A stretch of 64,000 nucleotides of DNA from Neoechinorhynchus agilis (Eukaryota; Animalia; Acanthocephala). The notes beneath the pieces were generated by a model that saw only the letters and a program-made list of their open reading frames with translations, had not been told where the DNA came from and ran no database searches. The position numbers and the translations under genes are program-made. The DNA is taken from the NCBI GenBank assembly GCA_051530055.1, contig CM121342.1:2824797-2888796 (forward strand), written 5' to 3'. Below, piece after piece: positions 35,363-47,869 of this stretch (the first letter of the stretch is position 1; each line of letters begins with the position of its first letter).

Positions 35363-36802
35363 TCTAAAAATGGAATGTTATTAAATAACCGGTCATTGTA
35401 TAAGTAAACTCTTTCAGCAGCGATGAGAAAAATTTGTGAAATTAAGTGATTGTATCCCTTAATTAATTTTTTCTATAGTGCTTTTGTGGGAAAATGCGCT
35501 ATTTACGGAAACGTAATTAAAACCTTAATCAAGCTAAATAAAGTAAATTTTAAAAAGCAGGAGTTTCGTTCAAGTTAAATTCTATTGTTTCTAAGACCAA
35601 TTTTCGGTCATTGATTTATTTCTAAATAATTAAAACAAACTTTTTGGCATCACTTATGTCAATTTTTTCTATAGAGAACGAATTTCTATACATGAAGTTG
35701 CAGCCTTCAGGGCACTACCAAAAACGCGATTAAAGTAAAAAGATAAAATGCGGAAATTTTAGCACTTGAAATAATTTTTGTCGTGCTCGTTTTATCAAAA
35801 TTGTTTTCCTGTATGTCGATAACATTACTTACGTTTTCAGTATTTCACGTAATTTCAAATAGTTGATTGTTCTCTTGATATTGTATAAAATTTAAATAGT
35901 TTCCTGAGTAGTTGCAGTAATTTGATGTAGTAGATATAATAATTTTTATCAAGAGATTTCAGAAGTTCGTTTTTGAGTGATAGCAGTAACTTATTGAAAA
36001 CTCTCTCGATAGAAGCTGCGTTGAGTTTTTATCTGCTGTGAAAAGAGCGATGCAGGTCAAATGCTAAATGGGCGTTTTTTGCATTTCGTTATTGAAAAGC
36101 TGATAAAATCAACCAATGAGCGCACGAGCGGTTTGCTTCGCTTTTATCTACATTTCTATTTGTATAATCAAGAAACTTGCGTGCTGCTAATTATTTTATC
36201 GTCAATGGAGATGTTCAGCAGTACAGTTTAAAGCAATCATTACGTTTATTTTATTATTTGGCTGATGTTACGGCAAAAAAAGACTAATAAATCTATTTTT
36301 TATTGAAAGTTTCATAGTCGCGAATGAATTTTGATTCAAAGTAAGATCGATCAGTGGAGGATCACATTATCGTCGCTTGCTAAGAAAAGGACTTTGGTCA
36401 TTTTTTTACTTTATAGAAAATTCTTCACAAATCAATCGACCGTATTTTTTAAAGAAATAATATGGGTCGACTAAAAGCGGTGTTATATTTAAATGTATAA
36501 ATTTCCCCAGTGATGAATCGTACTTGTTTAATATCATTCAATTTTAATCAAGGTCCTCTTAAATACAATGGGTTTTTGCCGTTAGCGGACTTTCCACCGT
36601 TGTCGAAAATTAACTGTTAGTAAACTTTTCAAACTTTCAACGCTTGTTTTCTTCTCGAAAATATGAATTTTGGACGTATTATCCTTTTTTTATTTTCTAA
36701 ACCTATTGTTGGTCGTAATTCGGAATGGTTTTTAGAATCTAATAACCAAAAAATAAGCGTTTATTTTTTGGCTTAATTTTTTTTGTCAGTTTAAGAGACA
36801 AT

Positions 36803-37690
36803 TGTTTTAAAGTCCGCTTGTTTTTATCCGCATCCAATAGATTTCCACGATTGGAATCCGATCAACTTTAAACAGCTGGCCTAGAACCAATATGGACAAG
36901 AGAATCCAAATGTTTAATCAAAACAAAGCATTGCGATAGCTGTAATCGGTGTTGACGCAGAGCGATTTCTGCCCAGTGCTCTGAATGTTAAAGTGAAGAA
37001 ACTCAATGAAGCGCGAGTAGAAGCCAGTGGATCTGGCACCGGTTTAAACTGAAACAGCAACAGGCTTGGAGTCTTTGGGGTTCCAGTTGGGGCAGAAGAG
37101 CGCGCCGAAAAAAATGAAAAGGCATTCGTTGTCGAAAATTTGCGTCGGAAACGGAATTGCAGGGTCGGTAGTTTTTGTTATTGATCTGGCAATGTAAAAT
37201 AAAACTACGATCATAAATTGATGACTAAGGCTGAATGTTGATTATTACCATCATAAAGTCGAAGATATGAATCCGTCACATTCAATAATGTTTTGTTCAG
37301 AAAACGCAAAGTGCTCAGAAAAATGCCCAATGAACTACTATTATTATTAAAACTCACGCCTCATACAACTGAACTACTAAGGATGTACGTAATGTATGAC
37401 CAAAACAGGGGCTTTATTGGACAAACACACACACCAAACACCACCGGGGCGCGTGCTATACGGTAGCAAAAGCGCGGTGATGACGCGGGGACGACGGCAC
37501 CAACAGTATCAATTAATCAATATCACAATCTTCCCCCTTCGCTCTTAGTTTGCTGGGGATCCGACAGGACCTCCTAACTTCCAGTACTGAGTCGGAAGCT
37601 TTGGATGAAGGGATCCGGGTGGCGTAGACCAAGAGAGTCCTTGACGACCCGCCACCATGTTGAGTTGCCACCTGGTAAAATTTTATAGGA
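36803..37690 (-). mobile_element. Ty3/gypsy 3' LTR with polypurine tract and short internal tail; inverted copy of 48740-49505
   Basis: On the minus strand, PPT gagcgaagggggaagat precedes TGTGATA at 37527. The shared block ends in ...TAAAACA at 36803, giving an LTR of ~725 bp. A shorter 144-bp TG..CA boundary at 37384 is also possible. Confidence 0.75.
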
Positions 37691-39560
37691 AAGGAAGTTT
37701 TCTGGGCGATAAGTATTTTGTTAGTAAGTGATTTTGTAAACGGGGAGAGTCTGGGGAGTTATTGCGATGGGCTCGCCTTTGTAGAAGTTTCAGAATGGGG
37801 GGTTATCCATGGTGGGTCGCGAGTGGAGATCCTGATGAATTTCTTGGGAATTGCCGAAGCCAATGAATTTTCTATGATTGAGGTTAGCGTGGACATGGCC
37901 AAGGAAAGGTGGATGAGTAGGCGTCGATATTTGTGAACACTTTGTCGAGGTGAGCATCTAGACGAGTTGGGAAGTCAATAAGTTGACGCAACTAGGAGAA
38001 GGGTAAAAGGGGAAATAGATTATTGAAGTCTCCTGCAATTAAGAAATGTTGCGAATTTGTGGAGTTTATGAGCTCCATCATGGAGTCAACTTGGAGAGTG
38101 AGGCCGGAGCTCGACAAAAGCCAGCAATGGTGAAATGGACTACGATGAATTCTAAATCGGGGTTTTGAAGAGAGACTATGAGAGATAAAGATTAAGGTGG
38201 CGATTGCCGTACATTAATTGAGACCCCTCCTGGACGGTCCTCGCGGTATTTATGGAAGGAAGTGTACCCGGGAAGGAGGGCTGAATCGATGTTGAAGGAT
38301 GTAAGCTACGTTTCTGTTAAGATGATTACGTTGGCTTTGTAGGTAGGTGAAATGAGTGAAATTTCATCTAGTTTAGGGAAGGAGGCTACGAGTATTCGAG
38401 TAGAAAACGGTGGGGAAGGGAATTTTGGACTTCGCGAAATCGGAGGCGGATATCAGGGAGATCGGGGTTGTATTGTTCGTTGCGTTTGGTGGGCTAAGGG
38501 AGGAATCGTTACGTTATGCCGACAATGAACGATTGATTATCCCAAAGAGAGAAGTCCGGGGGCGACTCAAAAATTTGAGTTGGGATGAGTGAATCTTAAT
38601 GATAGAAATGAGTTTAGGGTTGAGACTTTGTATGGATCAGCTGCGGTTGGGGTACAGCGCTAATTATTTACTTGATTCGGGAAAAAAGAGTATTTAGTGT
38701 AGAACGTATGGGAGATTGACCTTTGTGGTTATTCGGGCGCCAGTGGTGTTGCACGCAATCAAAGAAACTGCGAAGTCGCTTATTCTTCGTTTTTTTGGGA
38801 TGGGAAAGATGTTCGTGGATTTTTTCTAGGAGTGAAGGGTTACATTGGAAGATGAATTCTGGATTGAGTTTGGAGGGCATGTGGAAAGATTTTGTGATGC
38901 GTTCTTATGTGAATAGATACGAAAAGAAAATTGAGGAGTTTGTATCTCCTGTTAAGAAAGAGGGAGGCTACGAATGGTGAAATAAAAGTTACTTTGAGGA
39001 GACGTGGTCTCGGGTTAAAGGAATTTTTGGGTGGACGGCGCATAACTGTTAATGGGGGAGGAATAGTGGAGTGAATGTCGGGGAAAAGGAGTTGACCGGT
39101 TCGAAGGATTTGGTGGCGGTTTTGTGCATCAGCGGGGGGGCTTCCGGCATACCAGAAATAAATATGGTGCGATTTCTATCCTCGATGAAGGAGTGCATGA
39201 TGCGAAGGGTCGAATTCAGAGCAACGGGGGATGATGGCCGAGGTGGAGGAGTATCATTACCGAAATGAATCGAATGGTTGATTGATTTTGGTGGAGCTCC
39301 TCCTTTTGCTTTTGTTTCTACTCGTTCAGGTGTTGCTTGGACTTTTTGCTCGACCGTAGCTTTCATAGTAATTAATTCAGCTGGATCGTTTCCTTTTTTC
39401 CTATCGTTACCTTTTATCCCAATCACATTATCATACTCATCCACAGTAAGATTAGAATCATTTTAAGACTTTTTTTGTGGCACTAATGGATTTTCATTGA
39501 CAACATCTAATTTAGTAACAAATGCGGAGTCATAAGGGTTGGCTTCTATTTAACTTCAGT
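37690..39560 (-). mobile_element. 5' part of a CR1/L2-like LINE (ORF1 and APE endonuclease), degenerate
   Basis: ORF1-like RNRTIFISGMPE and PRLLKVTF; APE-like NVIILTET region followed by LIAGDFN (cttaattgcaggagacttcaat). Confidence 0.7.
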
Positions 39561-40890
39561 CCGCAGTTTATCAATAAATCGAATCAATTTTAAAACCCAA
39601 ACGCCCAAAACCAAATTTAACGAAAATCCTTCTAATTAAAAACGATTCCCGTGATGCGCTTTGGCTTCATCCAACGGAAAAAAACGGGCATTTCGATCCG
39701 AATGATTTCATTGTGTCCGAATTTAACAACGATTAAAAGCCTTCCACCGATTATCTTTCATTTTTTAATGTGCCCTCTGAGATGCAATCGCATCTTCCGT
39801 CGTCATTGGGCTTTAGCTAATCGCCAATACTTACTGCTTGTAAGTTTTCTACAATTTAAGCTGGAGTAACGCCAAAGGAAAAAAAACTCGTCTTGTGTTC
39901 TCAACGAAACTTTCTGAAAAGGTGCGTCACCGAATTGATGGCATTTTTGCCGAAAGAGACTACGGTGAAGTAGCTTAGAGTTTTATTTCTAAAGTCCAAG
40001 AACTATTTTCGAATTGGTCCTTATTTTTAACAGTTAGTATTGGCGAGTAGCCAAAGGTCCATGGAGACCGAAGATGCGGTTGTATCTCAGAGGACAAAGT
40101 TATAATAATGAAAGATAATTAAACTCTGTCGTCTTTGGGATCAGCTTAAAACACGGCGGAAATCAAACTGTTGCAAAGAAGTTGTTCATTTATTTGTGTT
40201 CTTTGGTGATGAGAATAATAGATATTGATTTATTAATTCTCAATAAATCGTCCGTCTCGTCAGACTTCTTCAGGTCAAAAAAGTATGTCAGGGTGCGTAA
40301 ATGTAGAAAATAAGCTTATTTTCATTACTTTATACTCCAGTTTTTCAGGAAAATCATCAAGTATCGTGGTCTACTAGAGATGGCTATCGGGGGTTAATCA
40401 ATAGATAGGAAAAACTGAACGGTCCTTAAGTCAAAGTTCGCAACGCACTGAATTATTTCGCCGAAGCACTTCTTATATCTCGGACGGTTAAGAAGGAGAA
40501 AGTGTTTCTTTGGACCATGAGCGAAAGTTCTGGACATCAGCTCGACAAAGCTCAAGAGCTGCCTAAGAGGCGGGACGAACTTTCCACGCTTCGATGTCGC
40601 TAATTTAACGCACACTTCACAACTCCTTATGCTTTTTGTAGAATCCTGCGAAAGACGGCGAAGGCTCGGAAATAAAGATTTTTCTTTCTGTCATTACAAC
40701 ATCCTACTCAAATGTAAATTAAAAAACTTGATAAATAATGGGCTTTAAAGTGCGTGTGTAAATAAGAACAACGTTTCGTCTATATCGACGCATTGTAACG
40801 AGGAAGCATTCGAAATCTCGGTGAATTTTAGGAGCAACGCACTTCACCAAATTAAAAACCAAAACTCCTTATTGTCCTTTTTTTGAAAAT

Positions 40891-41646
40891 CTATTTCTTT
40901 CCAACAACTGCTTCGGATTCACTTTTCTTCTTCTTAGCCGCACTACCGCCTGCATCACTTCTGTGCGATTCCTTTCGCTTTCGTTCCTCCTTGGCTAACA
41001 ACGACAACTTTTCCCTATAAGAATTTCTCGCAGTAATAGCAGCCTTCCGGTGTTTCAGTCGTGTGGCTCTCTTGGCTCGTTTCCTCTGAAGACGGACACT
41101 AGTGATTAAGCGCTGAATTTTTGGAAATCTCTTGAACTCCTTTCGACCTTCCTTTGGTTTCAGCGGCTTGGCGATAACATATCGTCTAACGTCTTCTTCT
41201 TTGGTCAAATTAAATAGTTTTCGGATTTTGCTCGCTCGTTTAGGACCAAGTTTACGTGGAACTAAACGATCAGTTAAGCCAGGAATCTCCGCAGCTCCTT
41301 TTTTAACAATAACGCAGGCCAAAACACAAAGGTTCATATCGACAACGCATCCCCTCACAGATTTACGCCTTCTCTCACCATCTTTCCTGGGTCTATAACA
41401 TTTGTGACGTTTATCAAGCAAAAGACGAACCCGCTGATTGGTCATCACACCCTGCATCATCGGGAATCCTTGTTTGTCGTTGCCTCCTGTAATCTTCAAA
41501 ACGTAACCTTTCCATTCTTCCCCAAGAGATCCGGCATCAACTTCTTGCGAAATCTTTTTATCCATGAAAGGACGCAACCGAGTCCAATCATCCACTTCCA
41601 ACAATTTTTGAGCACCTGTAGCAGGAAAAGCAATATTTAACTTCAT
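40891..41646 (-). CDS. RPS6: 40S ribosomal protein S6 (eS6), intronless
   Basis: [72 protein letters not shown]. Confidence 0.98.
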   Translation of the reverse strand: MKLNIAFPATGAQKLLEVDDWTRLRPFMDKKISQEVDAGSLGEEWKGYVLKITGGNDKQGFPMMQGVMTNQRVRLLLDKRHKCYRPRKDGERRRKSVRGCVVDMNLCVLACVIVKKGAAEIPGLTDRLVPRKLGPKRASKIRKLFNLTKEEDVRRYVIAKPLKPKEGRKEFKRFPKIQRLITSVRLQRKRAKRATRLKHRKAAITARNSYREKLSLLAKEERKRKESHRSDAGGSAAKKKKSESEAVVGKK

Positions 41647-41702
41647 GGCGTCAAGCTACCGGGACTTACACAAAACGCTTTCCTGTGTCGACAATGCGAA
41701 TA

Positions 41703-43946
41703 TGAAAAACGCAGAGGCACGAAAGAAATCTCTACGTAGGAATCAATGACGTCACTCGAGAATTTGAACTTTTGTTTCGTTTCTTAATTGTTAACTGCGT
41801 TGAGTGTTCAAATGAATGAGACGCCTTTACAAATAATTCATAGCGTCCACTGTGAAAACGCAGAGGCACGAAAGAAATCTCTACGTAGGAATCAATGACG
41901 TCATTCGAGAATTTGTGAACTTTTGTTTCGTTTCTTAATTGTTAACTGCGTTGAGTGTTCAAATGAATGAGACGCCTTTACAAATAATTCATAGCGTCCA
42001 CTGTGAAAACTCAGAGGCACGAAAGAAATCTCTACGTAGGAATCAATAACGTCATTCGAGAATTTGTGAACTTTTGTTTCGTTTCTTAATTGTTAACTGC
42101 GTTGAGTGTTCAAACGAATGAGACGCCTTTACAAATAATTCATAGCGTCCACTGTGAAAACGCAGAGGCACGAAAGAAATCTCTACGTAGGAATCAATGA
42201 CGTCATTCGAGAATTTGTGAACTTTTGTTTCGCTTCTTAATTGTTAACTGCGTTGAGTGTTCAAACGAATGAGACGCCTTTACAAATAATTCATAGCGTC
42301 CACTGTGAAAACTCAGAGGCACGAAAGAAATCTCTACGTAGGAATCAATGACGTCATTCGAGAATTTGTGAACTTTTGTTTCGTTTCTTAATTGTTAACT
42401 GCGTTGAGTGTTCAAATGAATGAGACGCCTTTACAAATAATTCATAGCGTCCACTGTGAAAACCAGAGGCACGAAAGTCTCTACGTAAATACGTCATTCG
42501 AAATTTGTGAACTTTGTTTCGTTTCTTAATTGTTAACTGCGTTGAGTGTTAAAACGAATGAGACGCCTTTACAAATAATTCATAGCGTCCACTGTGAAAA
42601 CGCAGAGGCACGAAAGAAATCTCTACGTAGGAATCAATGACGTCATTCGAGAATTTGTGAACTTTTGTTTCGCTTCTTAATTGTTAACTGCGTTGAGTGT
42701 TAAAACGAATGAGACGCCTTTACAAATAATTCATAGCGTCCACTGTGAAAACGCAGAGGCACGAAAGAAATCTCTACGTAGGAATCAATGACGTCATTCG
42801 AGAATTTGTGAACTTTTGTTTCGTTTCTTAATTGTTAACTGCGTTGAGTGTTCAAATGAATGAGACGCCTTTACAAATAATTCATAGCGTCCACTGTGAA
42901 AACTCAGAGGCACGAAAGAAATCTCTACGTAGGAATCAATGACGTCATTCGAGAATTTGTGAACTTTTGTTTCGTTTCTTAATTGTTAACTGCGTTGAGT
43001 GTTCAAATGAATGAGACGCCTTTACAAATAATTCATAGCGTCCACTGTGAAAACTCAGAGGCACGAAAGAAATCTCTACGTAGGAATCAATGACGTCATT
43101 CGAGAATTTGTGAACTTTTGTTTCGTTTCTTAATTGTTAACTGCGTTGAGTGTTCAAATGAATGAGACGCCTTTACAAATAATTCATAGCGTCCACTGTG
43201 AAAACGCAGAGGCACGAAAGAAATCTCTACGTAGGAATCAATGACGTCATTCGAGAATTTGTGAACTTTTGTTTCGTTTCTTAATTGTTAACTGCGTTGA
43301 GTGTTCAAATGAATGAGACGCCTTTACAAATAATTCATAGCGTCCACTGTGAACGCAGAGGCACGAAAGAAATCTCTACGTAGGAATCAATGACGTCATT
43401 CGAGAATTTGTGAACTTTTGTTTCGTTTCTTAATTGTTAACTGCGTTGAGTGTTCAAATGAATGAGACGCCTTTACAAATAATTCATAGCGTCCACTGTG
43501 AAAACGCAGAGGCACGAAAGAAATCTCTACGTAGGAATCAATGACGTCATTCGAGAATTTGTGAACTTTTGTTTCGTTTCTTAATTGTTAACTGCGTTGA
43601 GTGTTCAAACGAATGAGACGCCTTTACAAATAATTCATAGCGTCCACTGTGAAAACGCAGAGGCACGAAAGAAATCTCTACGTAGGAATCAATAACGTCA
43701 TTCGGGAATTTGTGAACTTTTGTTTCGTTTCTTAATTGTTAACTGCGTTGAGTGTTCAAATTAATGAGACGCCTTTACAAATAATTCATAGCGTCCACTG
43801 TGAAAACGCAGAGGCACGAAAGAAATCTCTACGTAAGAATCAATAACGTCATTCGGGAATTTGTGAACTTTTGTTTCGTTTCTTTATTGTTAACTGCGTT
43901 GAGTGTTCAAATTAATGAGACGCCTTTACAAATAATTCATAGCGTC
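41703..43946. repeat. 150-bp tandem repeat, 15 copies, immediately upstream of RPS6
   Basis: Unit gtgaaaacgcagaggcacgaaagaaatctctacgtaggaatcaatgacgtcattcgag...catagcgtccact. Most units contain TGACGTCA. Confidence 0.97.
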
Positions 43947-44317
43947 GACGTTGAAAGCGTCGGAATAAAAGTTTGAAGATTGAACTGTCCATATTGGTTG
44001 TTTTAAGGCGTTCGCCATAAAACAACCAATTTTCAGAACGTTTGGATAATAACGGAGGAGCGTCTTTATAATTCGTTGACTTGAGGATCCGGCATTCCCC
44101 TTCTCAGAATAGCAAAGTTGATTCTCTGATGATAAAACTGGTTGGCTGCACGGTGCTATCCGACGGCACCAATCGTCTCAATGGCGAAAGGTTTTTAAAA
44201 TGTTGATTGACGGATCGATTCAATAGGAAATACATTCCACGATTAATTGCTTAAAAGATTTTAAATTTAACGCATATATTTTTTATTTACAAAATTACTG
44301 TGAATATATTTAATTTT

Positions 44318-45913
44318 TTAAAAACTCAATATTTCATCAATCAGCGTATGCACAGATCGAGCGCTGCATGTCCCGGCAATCGTCTAAAAGAAAAGGTATG
44401 ATAAAGTTTATCGAAGCGGAAAGCCCAATAAAGTTGAATATGCTTACTGTCGTTTTAATTTTATACATTTATGCGAAGAAAAAACTTTTAATGATCACAT
44501 TGAAAAAAATGGAACTTTTATCCAACAAATTTAAATATTAGAGGAAAAAACGTTCTGAGTTCATAAAATCGTCTGACTGAGAAAAGTTGAATGTTAACCT
44601 ACGCTTAAAACATTTACCAAATTTTACCTTTTAATCCTTTTTTTTTGTAAAAAGAATAGTTATGGCGGCTTTTTGCTAATTATGCAAATTTAGCGCAAGA
44701 TAATTTAGATTTAAGCTTCGTATCTTACCTCCTCAGTCCAATCATCCGAAGTGTCGCAATATAAACCGCCCGAAAAATTAAATGTTCCAGTAATTCCACA
44801 AAGATCCACACTCGGAATAATTAACCCTTCATCTCTCCATTTTGGTCGGACGAATCCCGGAATATCTATCTATTCACAAAAATAAGCAATATATCCATGT
44901 GTTTCTTTGCTCACCTGATTTAGTGCCCTAACTAAATCGAATTTGACGTTTTGGATATCTTTTCTAAGTGCAAGTATCTCCGAATCGCGATATGCTAGTG
45001 CAGTTCTTAAAAATTTAACTTCCTCGTTATGAAAATCGATTGGCTTAGAAATTTGTTTTTTCAATTGTTTATTCTCTAGCTCAAGTAGTTTAATTTTACG
45101 CCCGGTGCTTTGGGTAGTGGTTTGAATTATCAACTGATGGCCAATCGTCAACAATTTTGTATTCATCAATTTTAGACGTAAACATTCTTTTATTGCAAAT
45201 TTTCTTAATTCAAGGCTTTTAAATATTGAAAAAAAGTTCTTAATTTTAGATGGGTACGAGTATTTTTATTTACTTTTAGGATCATATTGAAAAAACATGT
45301 TAATCCTAAGAAGCCCAATGTTAACGAAGAAAATTTGCTATTCTGCCTTTGCCAATTTATTTTTAATTTTCTCCAATGTTCCCTGACATTAATCTTTAAA
45401 AAGGTTCACTATTTTAAAAACTCACCTCAAGTTCCTCGATTCTCTGTCGTCTAAGATTTACAACTACACTTGACTTGATTGCCTTCATAAGCCATACTAA
45501 GGGCTCATCCTTCTGTTTGAGAAACTTCCTTCCATTCCTTTGAACACATTTTATAGCTTCTAACCTCATCTTTAAAGAAATGTGGCATTACTCTATACGA
45601 TCAGTAGTGTTACCTTTGCGAGTTGAAACCGTTGTTGTGCCATTTGAAATCGGGCTAAAGATTGCAGTGATGTGATCGTGCGTATAGTTTTGCAGCTATG
45701 AACACAGAGGTAGGAATCAAGACTGAATCGGACGGGAGTCTGGGTAACGCCTTTTATACTGAACCAAAACTTGCTCCACTTATTACTCGTTAAAATATTA
45801 TCGGAACTGCCATTTGACCACTGACGACCATTTACTTGTGACAAAATAACAACACTGTCGTTAGGAAACGGCAGGTTTATTGATTGACAGTGATTTCGAT
45901 TTTTACTGAACAT
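44318..45913 (-). CDS. Putative multi-exon coiled-coil gene, model uncertain
   Basis: Canonical phase-0 junctions link ...RIEELE|GTLEKIK..., ...RALNQ|IDIPGF...WTEE|TIAGTC...LSF*. One TAG/TAA interruption coincides with the inverted-repeat insert at 45192-45341. The 5' exons are ambiguous. Confidence 0.4.
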
Positions 45914-47869
45914 TAAGAAATTGTTTGATTATAGTTTGCACCTTGACATACTTTCGAACATCTCTCTTTCTTAAATAAGGAGGGCAATTCACGCCGGGCG
46001 CTGAAACATTTTACAATGAAAACCAAATGTTTTAGAGGAAGAACTAAGAGAAACATTTTACAGTGAAAACCGAGTGTTTTAGAGGAAGAACTAAGACAAA
46101 GTACTTTGAGGCATGTAGAACTAACGCAAGTAATTGAGTGGTAAATTAAAGAACATTTTGGTGCACTCTGTATTTGAGGGGTCGTTCTAAGATAATGTGA
46201 ATGCCAAAGCAAAAATAGACAATTTTTTAAGAACAATCCATTTAATCTTAAAAAGAAAGTCTGTTTGAATATTGAACTATTCTGATGCTTGGTTAAATCA
46301 GATTGTTGTTAGCACGTCGTAAAAACACTTGCGATTGTGCCAAAATATCGGATTTAAATAAAATTCTTTTATTTTTTACGCCATAAGCAAGCATAAAAAA
46401 TATATTTAATGATTTGTTATTCAGAAAGCCCCATTCGGTATAGTAATAAGTAAATTTAAAAGAAAATATTGGTATGTTGGAAATGTGGTGATCATAATAC
46501 CCCGGATAAAACATATTTTATTGAATTGACGAGGAACCTTCGCATCATCAGCCATAGCTTCTATACTTTCCGCTACTGAAATATTTCAACATGTTTTTTT
46601 TGGCAGGCAAGATTGTAATCACCACAACTACAACTTTTGTGTTTGTTGATATGATGTGAAAATGCTTCGGCGATTGGGTCTTATTTTAAAAGGAAGTATC
46701 GAAATGAGTGTTTACACGACCTTTTAAAACGTTTAGACACCTAGAGGTGATTTTTGAGGCACGTCAACCAAGACGGTTTTGGTTTAAATGAACTTCTAGA
46801 AAACACGCTGACGCATAATTGCAATAATTTTTCCATAGTCGCTCTTCGTCGTTAAACAAGTGAAAAATTTCGCAAAGTAGTCATTGTATGATTTTTTATT
46901 TTAAATTTGTAAAAAATGTCAGCATTGAATCGATATTCTCTAAACGGTTGTCTCTGAAAAACCATAAGTTTCAGCACCGTGAAAGGCGAAATGATTCATT
47001 TTTGGAGAAAGGAATTCATATTTAGGACGACTGAAATGTCTAGAGAACATAACCTCTGAACAATGCACTGTTTAACTTTGATTGTTTTTGTCGGACAACA
47101 TTTTGATCACAAAGATGAATTCGACTGCGCTTTTTACTCGTAGACTTGTCATTTAATTGAATTAAACATCGCTGGTATTTAAAAAAGTTGTATCGAAATG
47201 TTTTGCTAAAAATGATGCTTTCATAAAATGCTGGTCTCGTCTTTCTAGCGAAGTTTTTGTTATTAAATATGCGCTTTAGGAAATCGTTTCCTTAACCTTT
47301 TTAACGGTAAATTTTGTCTGTTAGGACGTGATTAATCGCATATTCTTGAAAAAAATTTTCTCTATTTAAAACAAACAGCTCGAACAAGCACTTTATGGCC
47401 GGTGCCTAATTTAAACAGAGTTCCGTTTTTCGTATGATTCCTACATTGCAGAAAATTTTCACAGGAGCTACCATGTTCAATCCCTAGATAAACAACGATA
47501 AATATGAACGCATTTCTCATTTCTTAAAAAGACAAATAATGTCATCCCCGGCAACCGTACGTATAGCAACGATCTTTTATTCAATCGAATCCATGATTCT
47601 GATCACCACAAAAATGTTCTTAATCTTTTTAAAAGTGAAATCCCACCTTCAATAAAATCGAATTGAATTCTGAGGTATAAAATGGAACGTTTTTTTATTA
47701 AAAAACGAAGAGGAACCATGAACCTTCCAATCAATGGGTGCTTGTGTAAAACCTTCCCATTCGATTATCTTTCATTTTTCAATGTGCCCTCTGAGATGCA
47801 ATCGCATATTCGGTCATCATTGGGCTTTGGCTAATCGCCAATACTTACTGTTTGTAAGTTTTTAAATAT

